Assembly: GCA_965246885.1 (NCBI GenBank)
Contig: OZ251992.1
Coordinates: forward strand, 2,912,001-2,976,000
Reading direction: 5' to 3'
Length of the DNA stretch: 64,000 bases
DNA from: Abditibacterium sp.
GTDB lineage: Bacteria; Armatimonadota; Abditibacteriia; Abditibacteriales; Abditibacteriaceae
This document shows, one piece after another, positions 38,642-48,723 of the stretch. The position numbers were made by a program, and so were the translations under genes. The first letter of the stretch is position 1, and every line of letters starts with the position of its first letter. The notes under the pieces are model-generated. The model made no database searches, had not been told where the DNA came from, and saw only the letters and a program-made list of their open reading frames with translations.

Positions 38642-41497
38642 TCAGGCTTCAACGAGGGCGATTTCGTCGGCGTCCAAGTCATACAACCGATAAACGAGCG
38701 CATCTATCCGGCGTTCGAGCGAAGTCAACCGCCCCTGCGCCAAGCGGATGTCGGCATCGGTCTCGGCCCGCGCGCGAGCGGCTTTGGTTTCGAGCATCTC
38801 AGACACCAGCTTCACCATATCGTCATGCGCCTTTTGGTCAGTGGCATCGTTGAAGTTGAGGGTGCGAATGGGCAATGATTTAACGTCTGCGGGATTAAGT
38901 TTAGGAAATACATCTTTGCCCAAATTGGACAAGAAGCGGGAGCCATACCATGAAACCAGTTTAGAATTGACTACGCCCAAGAAATAGAAGATGGAAGTCG
39001 GGCCATCAAAGGCTTTGAAAGGGGTGATACTGTGGCCGTAATACGCAGTTTCGGAGGTAAAAGTCGCTTGGATTCTTTTCTTCTCTCCGGGAATTTCTCT
39101 AAACAAGATGCGGTCGCCCTCGAAGAAACGTGGCTCGCGTGCGGCGCCGAGCCAATCGCCATAGTTCAACCATTCACCACTCCAGCCCAATGCATAACGG
39201 GATACATCCATTCCCGCCAACCACTTGCCGCAAGTATCGGAGACTTGAGTGTCGTGATGAAAACCGCGTTTCTTGATAAAATCGGGCGCGTGGCCTTTGT
39301 ATTTATCGTAGGCCGTAATGCCTTGAATGATTTCCCCGAATGTAGCGAGGGGAACCGATGCCACCTTAATCTTGTTGGCGACTTCAATTTCTGCTGGCAT
39401 CAGGCGATATTCTACGGAAAGCGTCGGCTCGGATAACCAATCGGAAGTTTGGAGTTCCCACTTATCGCCGTTGAGTCGGGAGATTGAGATTGTAGAATCG
39501 GTGTGGTGCGAGGGATTGCCTATTTTGAATAGGGGAACTACAGTGTTGACAACGGCTTGAGTAAAGATGTTCTCCCCGCATACAAGCAAAGAAACAAAGG
39601 CCGCTTTCTCGGAAATAATTTTGCGAATCGGGGCGGCTGTTTCCAACTTGAGCCATAATTCGGGCGTAATGTAAGACACGTAGCCACCAGTCTTAGTCAG
39701 ATTGATGGCTTGCTCGAAGAAGTAGATATAACTCTCGTATTTGTATCTGTAACTCTGGAACTTCTCGCGGATATACAGCTTCACTTCGGGGCCAAACTCG
39801 GCTCCGTAGGGCGGGTTTCCGATGATCGCGTCGAATCCGCCTGCGTTGAAGACTTCGGGGAAGGCGGCGCGCCAGTCCATCGGGTTGATTTTGGCGAGGG
39901 TTTCGGGGTCGGCTTCGATGTCGTAGTCCACCAAAGCGTTGCCGCACACGATGTTTTTGTCGAGGTCTGGCAGAACGCGCTCGCCCAAATCCAGAGAGAA
40001 CTGGCGCGCGGACGAGTCGGTTTCGTCTTCGAGCAGTTTGAGATACAGCGACAGCTTCGAGACTTCGACGGCTTGGGCGTCTATGTCGTTGCCGTAGATG
40101 TTTTGGAGCAGGATGGCCCGCCGTTGGGCGAGCGACAAGCGAAAAACCCCGTTCTCTTCGAGGCAGCCATCGCGCTTAGCTTGAGCAGGGTTAGCGTTGT
40201 AATACGCGGAGTGAAAGCGGAGCAGGAAACTGAAAGCGCCCAGCAGAAAGGAGCCACTGCCGCACGAAATATCGGCGATTTTAAAGCGCGCGACTTCTTT
40301 CGGAGTGCGCCCGGACAAAAGCGGCCCCAGCGTTTGCTCGCAGAGGTATTGGACGATGAACTCTGGGGTGTAATACACGCCGCCCGCTTTGCGGACTTCG
40401 GGCTTGGGTTCGACGGTGGCGCGATTCCCTTGGATGCAGATTTCGTTGCCCAGAAAGCGTTCGTAGATGGAGCCAAGCAGGGGAATGGGGATGAGATTGA
40501 AGAGGAAGGGCGTGTTTTGGTTAGAGATGCGCCAGCAGATGTCGGCCCACACGCTGCCTTGCGGTGCGAAACCCTCGGCATCCAAGAGGGCATGATGGCG
40601 CCACAAGACGCCGTTGTATTTGGCGTTTAAGGCGGCGGCGGCGGCGTGGAAACTCCTCCACGCATCGCCGTCGTTCCAGCGCGACACGCGGTCTTCGGGT
40701 TCAATCAGCTTATCTTCCAAAAAGCGCAGAAAGACCAATCTGTCGAGGGTGCGTTGCGTAATTTCCGTGAGCGCGGGGGCGGTTAAGGAGGGGTTGCCGC
40801 GCAGGAAGGCGTTGGCGAGCTTGGCGCGCGATTCTTCGAGTTCACCCAGAAACGTCTGGTCAACGGGCTTGGCGCTCGCATTGAAAAGGCGCAGTTGGCG
40901 GCCTTTGGCGCCGGGGGTGGCGGCCAAGTCCGCCACGAACCGTTCGATGCTTCCCGATGCGACGGCCTCGCGCGCGAGCAGGTTATACAGGGTTTGAAAA
41001 GTCGCGGCGTCCAGCAAGTCGCGGTAGTGCCATTTGCCCACCACGCGGGTGGTGGCCGAAGGCAGGTCAGGCAGGGCGCGGCAATCCAACACGAAAAAGT
41101 CCTCGAAGTCGGAAAGGATGGACAAGGGGTTGCCGACGTTGTAGCCGTAGCGGATGGCTTGGAAGCAGTCCTCGCGGTTGGGCAGCTTGCGCGCGGGTTT
41201 CTTGGCTTCGACAAAGAAGCGCACGCGCTCGAACGCGGGCGCGATGGAAAAAGCATAGTCGGCGCTTTTGCGCCCCTCGGCCATCACGACCGATTGCTCG
41301 ATGCGCACCTCGCGGGCTTTGGGGTCGGCGCGCGCGGTGTTGGAAACGTCCCACCCCAGCGCGGCGAAGAACTTATCGAGAAAGTCGAGCCTTAGCTGGG
41401 CTTCTTTGTAATCGGGCGCGAAGTAGGTGTCTTTGTTGGTATGAAAGTCGTGGATGAGGTCGCACACGAGTTCATGGGGAGTGGGCGCGGGGGACAT
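38642..41497 (-). CDS. Type IIG (Eco57I-like) fused restriction endonuclease / N6-adenine methyltransferase
   Basis: ALGWDV..ADYAF..VEAKK nuclease; GVYYTP, DISCGSGSFL, IGNPPY methyltransferase motifs; TaqI-C-like specificity region; IDALVYRLYDL terminus. Confidence 0.92.
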   Translation of the reverse strand: MSPAPTPHELVCDLIHDFHTNKDTYFAPDYKEAQLRLDFLDKFFAALGWDVSNTARADPKAREVRIEQSVVMAEGRKSADYAFSIAPAFERVRFFVEAKKPARKLPNREDCFQAIRYGYNVGNPLSILSDFEDFFVLDCRALPDLPSATTRVVGKWHYRDLLDAATFQTLYNLLAREAVASGSIERFVADLAATPGAKGRQLRLFNASAKPVDQTFLGELEESRAKLANAFLRGNPSLTAPALTEITQRTLDRLVFLRFLEDKLIEPEDRVSRWNDGDAWRSFHAAAAALNAKYNGVLWRHHALLDAEGFAPQGSVWADICWRISNQNTPFLFNLIPIPLLGSIYERFLGNEICIQGNRATVEPKPEVRKAGGVYYTPEFIVQYLCEQTLGPLLSGRTPKEVARFKIADISCGSGSFLLGAFSFLLRFHSAYYNANPAQAKRDGCLEENGVFRLSLAQRRAILLQNIYGNDIDAQAVEVSKLSLYLKLLEDETDSSARQFSLDLGERVLPDLDKNIVCGNALVDYDIEADPETLAKINPMDWRAAFPEVFNAGGFDAIIGNPPYGAEFGPEVKLYIREKFQSYRYKYESYIYFFEQAINLTKTGGYVSYITPELWLKLETAAPIRKIISEKAAFVSLLVCGENIFTQAVVNTVVPLFKIGNPSHHTDSTISISRLNGDKWELQTSDWLSEPTLSVEYRLMPAEIEVANKIKVASVPLATFGEIIQGITAYDKYKGHAPDFIKKRGFHHDTQVSDTCGKWLAGMDVSRYALGWSGEWLNYGDWLGAAREPRFFEGDRILFREIPGEKKRIQATFTSETAYYGHSITPFKAFDGPTSIFYFLGVVNSKLVSWYGSRFLSNLGKDVFPKLNPADVKSLPIRTLNFNDATDQKAHDDMVKLVSEMLETKAARARAETDADIRLAQGRLTSLERRIDALVYRLYDLDADEIALVEA

Positions 41498-41541
41498 GGG
41501 CGGGGGGGAGGCAGCGAATGGGGCGAGAAAAGCAGCAGTTT

Positions 41542-41621
41542 CGTCATCCTGAGCTTGCGAAGGAGCTATAGCGACTGGGTTTGTTCAGTCATTTGAGATC
41601 CTTCGCAAGCTCAGGATGACG
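41542..41621. repeat. 80-bp element with perfect 23-bp terminal inverted repeats (REP/MITE-like)
   Basis: CGTCATCCTGAGCTTGCGAAGGA ... TCCTTCGCAAGCTCAGGATGACG. Confidence 0.9.
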
Positions 41622-41701
41622 GTTTTCCTGACTTTGGTTACGCTTCCCGTGCCCAAAGGCCGCCCCTTGAAGCCCCAGAACAGAAGGAGGAGGTTACCAA
41701 C

Positions 41702-42805
41702 CTAATCCAACTCCCCTTCGGGCAAGTTGGCGGGCATCGGGGCGGGGCGGGCGCAGGTGGATTTGACTTCGATTTGCGTGCGTTCGTTGCTCGCGTCGTG
41801 GAAAGCGTGCATCAGGTCGAGGACGTGATAAGCGAGGCGCTCGTTGCACCTGTGGTCGCGGCCCGTGCGGATGGCGTAAATCATATCGGCCATGCCGATG
41901 CCGCGCGCATGGTCGGCGTAATTGGGGTGCGACAAGGAAACAGATTTGACTTCCTCGCCCGCCAGTTGCACTTGCACGTCGCCGCCAAACCCGTTGGGGT
42001 CGGGCACGTACAGTGTGCCTTTGGTACCGTAAATTTCGATGTCGGGCAAGCGGTGGGCTTGCACGTCGAAGCTCATGTTGATGGTGGCCAAAGCGCCCGA
42101 CGCGAACTCGAAGGTGCCGACGATGTGCGTGGGCACCTCGACCGCGATTGTTTGCCCCGCTTTGGGTTGCGAGGTAATCAGGCGCTCTTTGTGGGTAGTG
42201 CGGGTGTGGCCCGCCACGCTTTGGACGGGGCCGAGCAGTTGCACGAGGTCGGTCAGGTAATACGGCCCCATGTCGAACATCGGGCCGCCGCCTTTTTTGT
42301 AGTAAAAGTCGGGGTTGGGGTGCCAATCTTCGTGCCCGCCATTGCCCCAGAAGGCGCTCGCGCCGACAACCTCGCCGATGACCCCGTCGTCTATGAGTTG
42401 GCGGCACGTCTGATGGGCGCCACCCAAAAACGTATCGGGCGCGCTTCCGACGCGCAGCCCTTTTTGGTGCGCCAGTTGGTTGATGGCGAGGGCTTCTTCG
42501 CGGGTGACGGTGAACGGTTTCTCGGTGTAGACGTGCTTGCCCGCTTCGAGACAGCGCAGCATGACGGGGCCGTGCGCCTGAGGGATGGTCAGGTTGATAA
42601 CGAAAGAAAGCGACTCATCCGCGAGCAGTTCGTCCACCGTGCAAGCGCGGGGGATGTTCCACTGCGCGGCTTTGGCTTTAGCCGCGTCGAGGTTGAGGTC
42701 GGCGCACGCCGCGATGTCGAAGAACGAGAACTTGGCGCCCGTCGAGAAGTAGGCGTCGGAGATATTGCCGCAGCCGATAATGCCGATTTGGGTGGTTGTT
42801 GTCAT
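41702..42805 (-). CDS. Gfo/Idh/MocA family oxidoreductase
   Basis: IGIIGCGNIS, TEKP, APDTFLG, GGGPMFDMGPYY. Confidence 0.92.
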   Translation of the reverse strand: MTTTTQIGIIGCGNISDAYFSTGAKFSFFDIAACADLNLDAAKAKAAQWNIPRACTVDELLADESLSFVINLTIPQAHGPVMLRCLEAGKHVYTEKPFTVTREEALAINQLAHQKGLRVGSAPDTFLGGAHQTCRQLIDDGVIGEVVGASAFWGNGGHEDWHPNPDFYYKKGGGPMFDMGPYYLTDLVQLLGPVQSVAGHTRTTHKERLITSQPKAGQTIAVEVPTHIVGTFEFASGALATINMSFDVQAHRLPDIEIYGTKGTLYVPDPNGFGGDVQVQLAGEEVKSVSLSHPNYADHARGIGMADMIYAIRTGRDHRCNERLAYHVLDLMHAFHDASNERTQIEVKSTCARPAPMPANLPEGELD

Positions 42806-42826
42806 AGTGGTGATTGAAGTTCGGGG

Positions 42827-43480
42827 TTAGCGCGCCGCCCACAGCATGCCGCGCCGCACGGTTTCGGCGGCTTCGGGCACCTCGAAGTCGGAGTTGACGT
42901 GGCCCAAAGAGGAGTAGAACACGCGCCCTTGTCCCCACTGCCGCGTCCAGAGGACGGGCATGACGGTTCCGGCGACCCAGTGGGCGCCCTCGTGTTCGCC
43001 GGAAAAGGTGGTGGTCGCCAAGACCTTGTTGCCGGGATCGGTGTGCATATAGTACTGCTCGGAGTGCATCTCGAAGTCCGACAAGCCGCGCGTGATTTCG
43101 TGCTCGTGGTCGGTGATATTGACCGTGTAGCGAATGATGTTGCCGGGGTGCGCGACCCACTGGCCACCGGTCATCCACTGATAAGAGGTGTTGTTGCGGA
43201 ACGCATCGCCGGTTCCGCCGTGCCACCCCGCGAGACCCACACCCGATTTTACGGCAGCGAGCAGCCCGGCTTCTTGCGCATCGGTGATGCTCCCCATCGT
43301 CCAGATGGGCACGATAAGGGAAAGCGAGGCGAGGTAGTCCGCGTCCAAGTAAACGTCGAGGTGGTTCTCGACGCGCGTCTCGAAGCCCTGCTCTTGCAAG
43401 AACGGCACGAAGCGTTCGACGACCTGCTGCGGCTCATGCCCATCCCATCCGCCCCAAACCAAAAGTGCTTTTTTGTTCAT
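42827..43480 (-). CDS. ThuA domain-containing protein
   Basis: [37 protein letters not shown]. Confidence 0.9.
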   Translation of the reverse strand: MNKKALLVWGGWDGHEPQQVVERFVPFLQEQGFETRVENHLDVYLDADYLASLSLIVPIWTMGSITDAQEAGLLAAVKSGVGLAGWHGGTGDAFRNNTSYQWMTGGQWVAHPGNIIRYTVNITDHEHEITRGLSDFEMHSEQYYMHTDPGNKVLATTTFSGEHEGAHWVAGTVMPVLWTRQWGQGRVFYSSLGHVNSDFEVPEAAETVRRGMLWAAR

Positions 43481-43552
43481 AGCGGAAAAAGCATAACGCG
43501 CTTTTGCGGGCGCGGGCGAGAGCGCTGCGGCGAGTTCTTAAACTGGCACGCT

Positions 43553-44620
43553 ATGGATACAGCAAGAGTGGGGATTATTGGGGCGTCGGGGTATACGGGA
43601 AGCGAGTTGGCGCGATTGCTCAGTGGGCACGGCTTCGCGGAGCTTACGGTGGCGACGGCGTCGGGGGAACGGGTGGGGCTGCGGTTGTCGGAGTTGTTTC
43701 CGCACTTGCGCGGGGTGTGCGACCTCACGCTGGAAGAGTTAGAGTTGGACGGATTCGCGGCGCGTTGCGATGTCGCGGTAATTGCCTTGGGGCACGGTAA
43801 GGCGCTCGAAGTGGCGGGGCCGTTATTGGAGCGCGGGGTGCGCCTCATTGACTTGGGCGCGGACTTCCGCTTGCGCGACGCGGGGGTTTATAAAGAGTGG
43901 TATCACCTCGAACACACCGCGCCCGACGCGCTGGCGAGCGCCGTGTATGGCTTGACGGAATGGAATCGGGACGGGGTGCGCGGCGCGCGCTTGGTGGCGA
44001 ATCCGGGGTGCTATCCGACGTCGGCGGTGCTGGCCTTGGCGCCGTTTGTGGCGGCAGGGGCGATAAAAGCGCATTCGATCATCGTGGACAGCGCGTCGGG
44101 CGTGTCGGGCGCGGGGCGCGCGTCGTTTGGCGTGGGGACGCACTTCCCGGAGCACTATGGCGACTTCCGCGCTTACAACGTGGCGGGACACCGCCACACG
44201 CCGGAAATAGAGCAAGGGCTAACCGACGCGGCGGCGCCTTCGGGCGACGAGTTGGCGGCGGTGGTCACGTTCACGGCGCACCTATTGCCGGTGGCAAGGG
44301 GGATTCTTTCGACGTGCTACGCGGCGCCGTTGTCGGAGCTAAGCGCGGCGCAGGCGCATAGCATCTTGGCCGAGCGATACGCGGATGAGCGCTTCGTGCG
44401 CGTGTTGCCGCCCGGCCAGTGGCCCTCGATTAAGGGCGTGAACGGCTCGAACTTTTGCGACATCGGCTGCACGGTGGATGCGCGCACGGGGCGTTTGATT
44501 GTCGTGTCGGCGCTGGACAACTTGCTCAAGGGCGCGAGCGGGCAAGCGGTGCAAAACCTCAACGTGATGTGCGGCTTTCCCGAAGAAACGGGTTTACTGG
44601 GCGCCCCAGTCTTTCCGTGA
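43553..44620 (+). CDS. argC: N-acetyl-gamma-glutamyl-phosphate reductase
   Basis: GASGYTG, DFRL, ANPGCYPT, SGVSGAGR, HRHTPEI, DNLLKGASGQA. Confidence 0.97.
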   Translation: MDTARVGIIGASGYTGSELARLLSGHGFAELTVATASGERVGLRLSELFPHLRGVCDLTLEELELDGFAARCDVAVIALGHGKALEVAGPLLERGVRLIDLGADFRLRDAGVYKEWYHLEHTAPDALASAVYGLTEWNRDGVRGARLVANPGCYPTSAVLALAPFVAAGAIKAHSIIVDSASGVSGAGRASFGVGTHFPEHYGDFRAYNVAGHRHTPEIEQGLTDAAAPSGDELAAVVTFTAHLLPVARGILSTCYAAPLSELSAAQAHSILAERYADERFVRVLPPGQWPSIKGVNGSNFCDIGCTVDARTGRLIVVSALDNLLKGASGQAVQNLNVMCGFPEETGLLGAPVFP

Positions 44621-44690
44621 GACGTACAAAGCGGCACCCGCCCCGCGTGTCAGGCGTTGAATTGGGGGAGTTTTCGGGAGGTGAATCCAC

Positions 44691-45236
44691 ATGAAGAGAA
44701 TCGGCATTATTTCCGACACCCATCTCAGCGAAAGCGGGCGGCGCGGCGTGCCCGAACGGGTGATCGAGTATTTCAGGGGCGTTGACCTCATCATTCATGC
44801 GGGCGATTTCACGTCCCGCCGGGCGGTCAAAGACCTCGAAGCCATCGCGCCCGTTGTCGGCGTGCGGGGCAACAACGACCCCGCGCATCTGGGCCTGCCC
44901 CGCGCGCGGCGCGTCGAGGTGGAGGGCGTGGTCGTCGGTTTGTGTCACGGCGACCGGGGCCGCGACAACGACTATTACAAGCCGCTCGACCAGTTCCCCG
45001 GCAACGCCATGACCGCCGCCAACGCGCTGAGTCAGTTCGAGTTCGAGGACGACGTGTCCATCCTCATCTTTGGCCACTCGCACAACCCGATGACGATGTG
45101 GCACCGCTTCGAGGGCCGCACCCTGCTCTTTTTCAACCCCGGCTCTCCCACCGACAAACGTTGGGGGCCAAAATATGCGTGCGGCCTGTTGGAAGTGGAC
45201 GGAACGGACGTGAACCCGCAGTTGTTGATGTGGTAA
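44691..45236 (+). CDS. YfcE/MJ0936-type metallophosphoesterase
   Basis: SDTH, HAGD, GNND, HG, GHSH, NPGS. Confidence 0.92.
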   Translation: MKRIGIISDTHLSESGRRGVPERVIEYFRGVDLIIHAGDFTSRRAVKDLEAIAPVVGVRGNNDPAHLGLPRARRVEVEGVVVGLCHGDRGRDNDYYKPLDQFPGNAMTAANALSQFEFEDDVSILIFGHSHNPMTMWHRFEGRTLLFFNPGSPTDKRWGPKYACGLLEVDGTDVNPQLLMW

Positions 45237-45254
45237 AGCGGAGAAAATTACGCT

Positions 45255-45536
45255 ATGCAAACTTCTTATATCTTGAGCGACTACATTCACCGCGCAATGG
45301 CCGAGGCGCACTACGACAAGTTGGAAGACGATTCCTTTGGTGGACGCATCCCCGCGTGCCAAGGCGTCATCGCTTTCGGCTCGACGTTACGCGAGTGCGA
45401 GGAGGAGTTGCACTCCACGCTCGAAGAGTGGATTTTGCTGGGCCTGAAGCTGGGCCACGCCTTGCCGGAAGTCGGAGGCATCAATCTGAACGGGGAGCCA
45501 ATCAATGAATCGCTGGAATCCGTGTCGGCGCTCTGA
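45255..45536 (+). CDS. HicB family antitoxin (short, no obvious DNA-binding domain)
   Basis: GRIP.CQGVIAFG.TL.EC..EL...LEEW......G..LP. Confidence 0.85.
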   Translation: MQTSYILSDYIHRAMAEAHYDKLEDDSFGGRIPACQGVIAFGSTLRECEEELHSTLEEWILLGLKLGHALPEVGGINLNGEPINESLESVSAL

Positions 45537-45735
45537 GTTCATCCGCCGCCTGCGCGCGCTGGGCTTCACAGGGCCGTTCTCTGGAACAAAGCACCAGTTC
45601 ATGCTGTTAGGCAGCCACCGCCAAACCATTCCGAGCAACGACGAGTTCTCCGTCCCGCAACTGCGGATGATGCTCCGCGAAGTCGAAGCGATTCTGGGAC
45701 GGGAGATTACGTTGGTGCAGTGGAACACACTGTAA
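45505..45735 (+). CDS. HicA family toxin
   Basis: LRALGF....GTKHQFM.......IP; 76 aa; overlaps the 3' end of hicB. Confidence 0.85.
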   Translation: MNRWNPCRRSEFIRRLRALGFTGPFSGTKHQFMLLGSHRQTIPSNDEFSVPQLRMMLREVEAILGREITLVQWNTL

Positions 45736-45754
45736 CCGCAAAGCCAAACGACAG

Positions 45755-45782
45755 GGCGCCCGCTTCGATTGGAGCGGGCGCC
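45755..45782. terminator. Hairpin between convergent genes, near-identical to 19087-19118
   Basis: GGCGCCCGCTTC-GATT-GGAGCGGGCGCC. Confidence 0.6.
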
Positions 45783-45797
45783 GTTCCTTCCCTCGCC

Positions 45798-46625
45798 TTA
45801 TAAGTTCAAATACGAGCGCAGCTTGCGATGAAGTTGGTCGCGTCCGCGCGCAAGTCTCGACTTCACGGTGCCCGTCGGGACGCCTAAGATGCGGGCGATG
45901 TCGTTGACTTCCATGCCTTGAAAGTGGTGCATGACGATGACGGCTTTGTGGTCGTTGGAGAGCGTAAGAACCGCTTCGCGCACGCGGCGTTGGAGTTCGT
46001 CGCCCGTTAATAACTCTTCGGGCAACTTGCCTTGGTCGGGGAACTCCATCGGCTCGACATCGCCTTCGTCATCGGCGCGCGGGGTGTCCATGCTTTGGAA
46101 GCGGACGCGCTTCTTGCGGCGCGCGCGGTCGCGGCACAGGTTCAGCGCGATGCGATACAGATAAGTCGAGAACGCCTCATCCGCGCGAAGTGTCGGAAGC
46201 GCGTCGTAGAGGCGCATGAACACGTCTTGCGTTACGTCCTGCGCGTCGTCGGGGTCGCCGAGCATGCCATACACCGCGTTGTAGATGCGGCGGTGATACA
46301 TTTGGTAGATTTCCTCGAACGCCTTGAGGTCGCCTTCTTTGGCGCGTTGGAGGACGGCGAGGAAAGCTAACTTTTCGGGCGAGGGCGCGGGCTTTTCGGG
46401 CGGCGCTTCTTCGCCGGTGTCCTGGCCCTCGTCACCTAACGCGTCGCTCAGGTCGAGGTCGCCTTCGGCCTGCGTGTCGAGAACGTCGGCGGTTTCAAGG
46501 TCGGCGGCGCTTGGCGACGCTTCGTCGGGCGCGAGGGGTTCGCCCGCGAGCGCGCCCCCCAACGGAGCGGCAAAGGGCGCGATGGAGAACCCCTGCGGGA
46601 AAGGATGAAGGATAGAATGGGTCAT
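45798..46625 (-). CDS. ECF RNA polymerase sigma factor with acidic N-terminal extension
   Basis: DAQDVTQDVF, FSTYLYRIALNLCRD, IARILGVPTGTVKSRLARGR. Confidence 0.92.
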   Translation of the reverse strand: MTHSILHPFPQGFSIAPFAAPLGGALAGEPLAPDEASPSAADLETADVLDTQAEGDLDLSDALGDEGQDTGEEAPPEKPAPSPEKLAFLAVLQRAKEGDLKAFEEIYQMYHRRIYNAVYGMLGDPDDAQDVTQDVFMRLYDALPTLRADEAFSTYLYRIALNLCRDRARRKKRVRFQSMDTPRADDEGDVEPMEFPDQGKLPEELLTGDELQRRVREAVLTLSNDHKAVIVMHHFQGMEVNDIARILGVPTGTVKSRLARGRDQLHRKLRSYLNL

Positions 46626-46839
46626 GCTGCAAAGGACGGCAACGGGGTAAAGGCCCGCGTCGTCGGGTTGACTTTCGGTTCGGATGCTTCTAAGTTAAAC
46701 GCAACAAGCCGTCTTGATGTCACGCGAGACTTCAAACGGCGGCTGAGGTTCCGGCAATTTCTCCCGAAAGTTGCAAGTCAAAGGCCCCGATTTCGGCGCT
46801 TTCGCGGGGCAAAGCGTTACGCAATCCGGGGGCAGAAGA

Positions 46840-47076
46840 TTAGGAGTCGGCCTTGGCTTGCAAGTCGCGCATCATGCGCTCGATTTGCTCTAACTTGCGC
46901 TCGCACGACTCGATCATCTTGTCAGCTTTGTCGGCGGGCGAGCGCTCCAATTCGGCGCGCACGCGTTGGCGCCACACGTACGTCGAAAGCGCGGCGCCCG
47001 CCAACACGCCGAGCGTGATGCCGCCATAAAGGAGGGCTTCGGAAGGGCCGTTCACGACGGCGAATTTGCGGTTCAT
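46840..47076 (-). CDS. Small membrane-anchored coiled-coil protein
   Basis: One TM helix plus charged helical tail; starts 2 nt after the response regulator stop. Confidence 0.65.
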   Translation of the reverse strand: MNRKFAVVNGPSEALLYGGITLGVLAGAALSTYVWRQRVRAELERSPADKADKMIESCERKLEQIERMMRDLQAKADS

Positions 47077-47078
47077 TT

Positions 47079-47513
47079 CTAATCCAGAGTGTAAACGTCG
47101 TCGCTGATTTCAAACGTCTTCTCGTCTTGCGCGCGAAGCTCCGTTTGCGTGTCGAAGATGCGCTTGACAAAAGTCAGCAGTTCCAGTGGGTTGAACGGCT
47201 TGGTCAAGTACAAATCCGCCCCACTCTGCCAGCCGTGAAACACGTCCGCGTCTTGCGCTTTGGCGGTCAGCATGATGACGGGGATGTCCGAAGTGAACGG
47301 ATCTTCCTTCAGCTTTTGGAGCGCCTCGAAACCGTCCATAATAGGCATCATCACGTCCATCACGATCAAGTCCGGCATAAAGTCGCGCGTCTTATCCAAC
47401 GCTTCTTGGCCATTCGAGCCAGTGGCGACCTCATAACCCGCTTTTTCCAAGTTGATCTGCACCAAGCGCAGGATGTGCTTTTCGTCGTCAACGGCCAAAA
47501 TTTTCTTGCTCAT
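47079..47513 (-). CDS. Single-domain response regulator (receiver)
   Basis: VDDE, MDVMMP.MDG, MLTAK, GAD.YLTKPF. Confidence 0.95.
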   Translation of the reverse strand: MSKKILAVDDEKHILRLVQINLEKAGYEVATGSNGQEALDKTRDFMPDLIVMDVMMPIMDGFEALQKLKEDPFTSDIPVIMLTAKAQDADVFHGWQSGADLYLTKPFNPLELLTFVKRIFDTQTELRAQDEKTFEISDDVYTLD

Positions 47514-47624
47514 AAGCTCTATTATCCTCTAACCCGCCACGTGGCAAAATCCCGTCCACCCCGCGCGAAACGGCAAAGGAGCCGTCATTTTACCCCGTTG
47601 CGCGCCCCATCTCAAGAAGTAAAG

Positions 47625-48410
47625 TCAAGGAAGCGGCGCCGCGCCCGCCAAAGTCCAGATTTGTGTGCCATATTTCGCGGCTTCCAACGCTTCGATTTCT
47701 GCCTGCTCCTCTTCGCTCCACGCTTCCTCCTGAAGCCTCGTCTCACACGCCTCTTCAAAGCCTGCGCACAGCGCGGCGATGACGGCATCACTTTCTGCAA
47801 AGACGCCCAACTCTTGCAACGAAGTGGCACCTGTCATCGGCCCGCCGGTTTTCTCTTCCCACTGCCGCGCGTCCATCGCCAGCAACAGCGAGCCGTGCTG
47901 CAAAAAGGCGCTCTCCAAGCGGCACTGCGCGGCGCCGATGAGCTTCTTGCCGCCCACTACAAAGTCGCACGCCGCACTCGCCGCGAAACAGTTCGGCCCG
48001 CCCTCGCCGCTCTTGAAGTGTGGCGCCAATTCCGAGCGCACCCCCAAACTCTCCAAACCCAGCAAAAACCCGCGCGACAGCCACTCATAGGCACCTTGCA
48101 CCGAGCGCGCATGGTCGGGCAAAAAAGCGAGCGGCGCGCTAATCGAGTACGTTATCTCATGGGCGTGCCAGACGGCCCGTCCGCCCGTCGGACGCCGCAC
48201 GACGTCAAAATCGCGTTCCGCTTCCGGCACCTTCGCCCCCGGTGGCAACGCCTTTTGTAAGCGCCCCAGCGACAAACAGCGCGGCGCGAAACCGTAAAAG
48301 CGCAGCGTCGGAAGCGGGAGTGCTCCCGCGTTTTGCCGGAGCAAGGTTTCGTCGGCGGCCATGTTCCACGCGCCGGAATGAGGGGAATCGAGAAGCAGGC
48401 GCAATTGCAT
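47625..48410 (-). CDS. Lipoate-protein ligase family protein (LipM-like)
   Basis: NMAADE, VVRRPTGGRAVWH, KKLIGAAQ, LQHGSL. Confidence 0.9.
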   Translation of the reverse strand: MQLRLLLDSPHSGAWNMAADETLLRQNAGALPLPTLRFYGFAPRCLSLGRLQKALPPGAKVPEAERDFDVVRRPTGGRAVWHAHEITYSISAPLAFLPDHARSVQGAYEWLSRGFLLGLESLGVRSELAPHFKSGEGGPNCFAASAACDFVVGGKKLIGAAQCRLESAFLQHGSLLLAMDARQWEEKTGGPMTGATSLQELGVFAESDAVIAALCAGFEEACETRLQEEAWSEEEQAEIEALEAAKYGTQIWTLAGAAPLP

Positions 48411-48472
48411 GAGAAGAGAGGGCGGGCAGTTCGGGACACTGTCACATCAGAAGAACGCCCACGTCGGCGGCG

Positions 48473-48580
48473 CGTTCACCGGGTCAGGCCAGCCGTTCAC
48501 CGGGCCGCGCGAATCATCCGCCGGGCCGCGCCACTGGAAGAATCGTACGCGCCACCGGAAGAATTAGCTGCGCCGATGCT
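48473..48580. repeat. Chimeric 21-bp-period array, partly homologous (inverted) to the 8.6 kb array
   Basis: CGTTCACCGGG-like units x3, then GGAAGAAT..ACGCGCCACC units. Confidence 0.7.
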
Positions 48581-48723
48581 GCGCCGGGGCGCGTCAGTCT
48601 TCCACCGGCATAGCGGACGCGGAGAATTAGGCCGGGAACCCGTCCAAACTTCTGGCAAATACTCCAAGGCGTCGCGTTGCGCGAAACCCCAAGCCCCGCC
48701 CATTCTTCTGGAAAATCGCTCCG

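Noticed and set aside
42899..43552. Long N-terminal extension of argC in the ORF track
   Set aside because: Antisense shadow of the ThuA gene; ArgC homology starts at ATG 43553
48433..48448. Partial match (ACTGTCAC) to the island operator upstream of the lipoate ligase gene
   Set aside because: Half-site only, not palindromic
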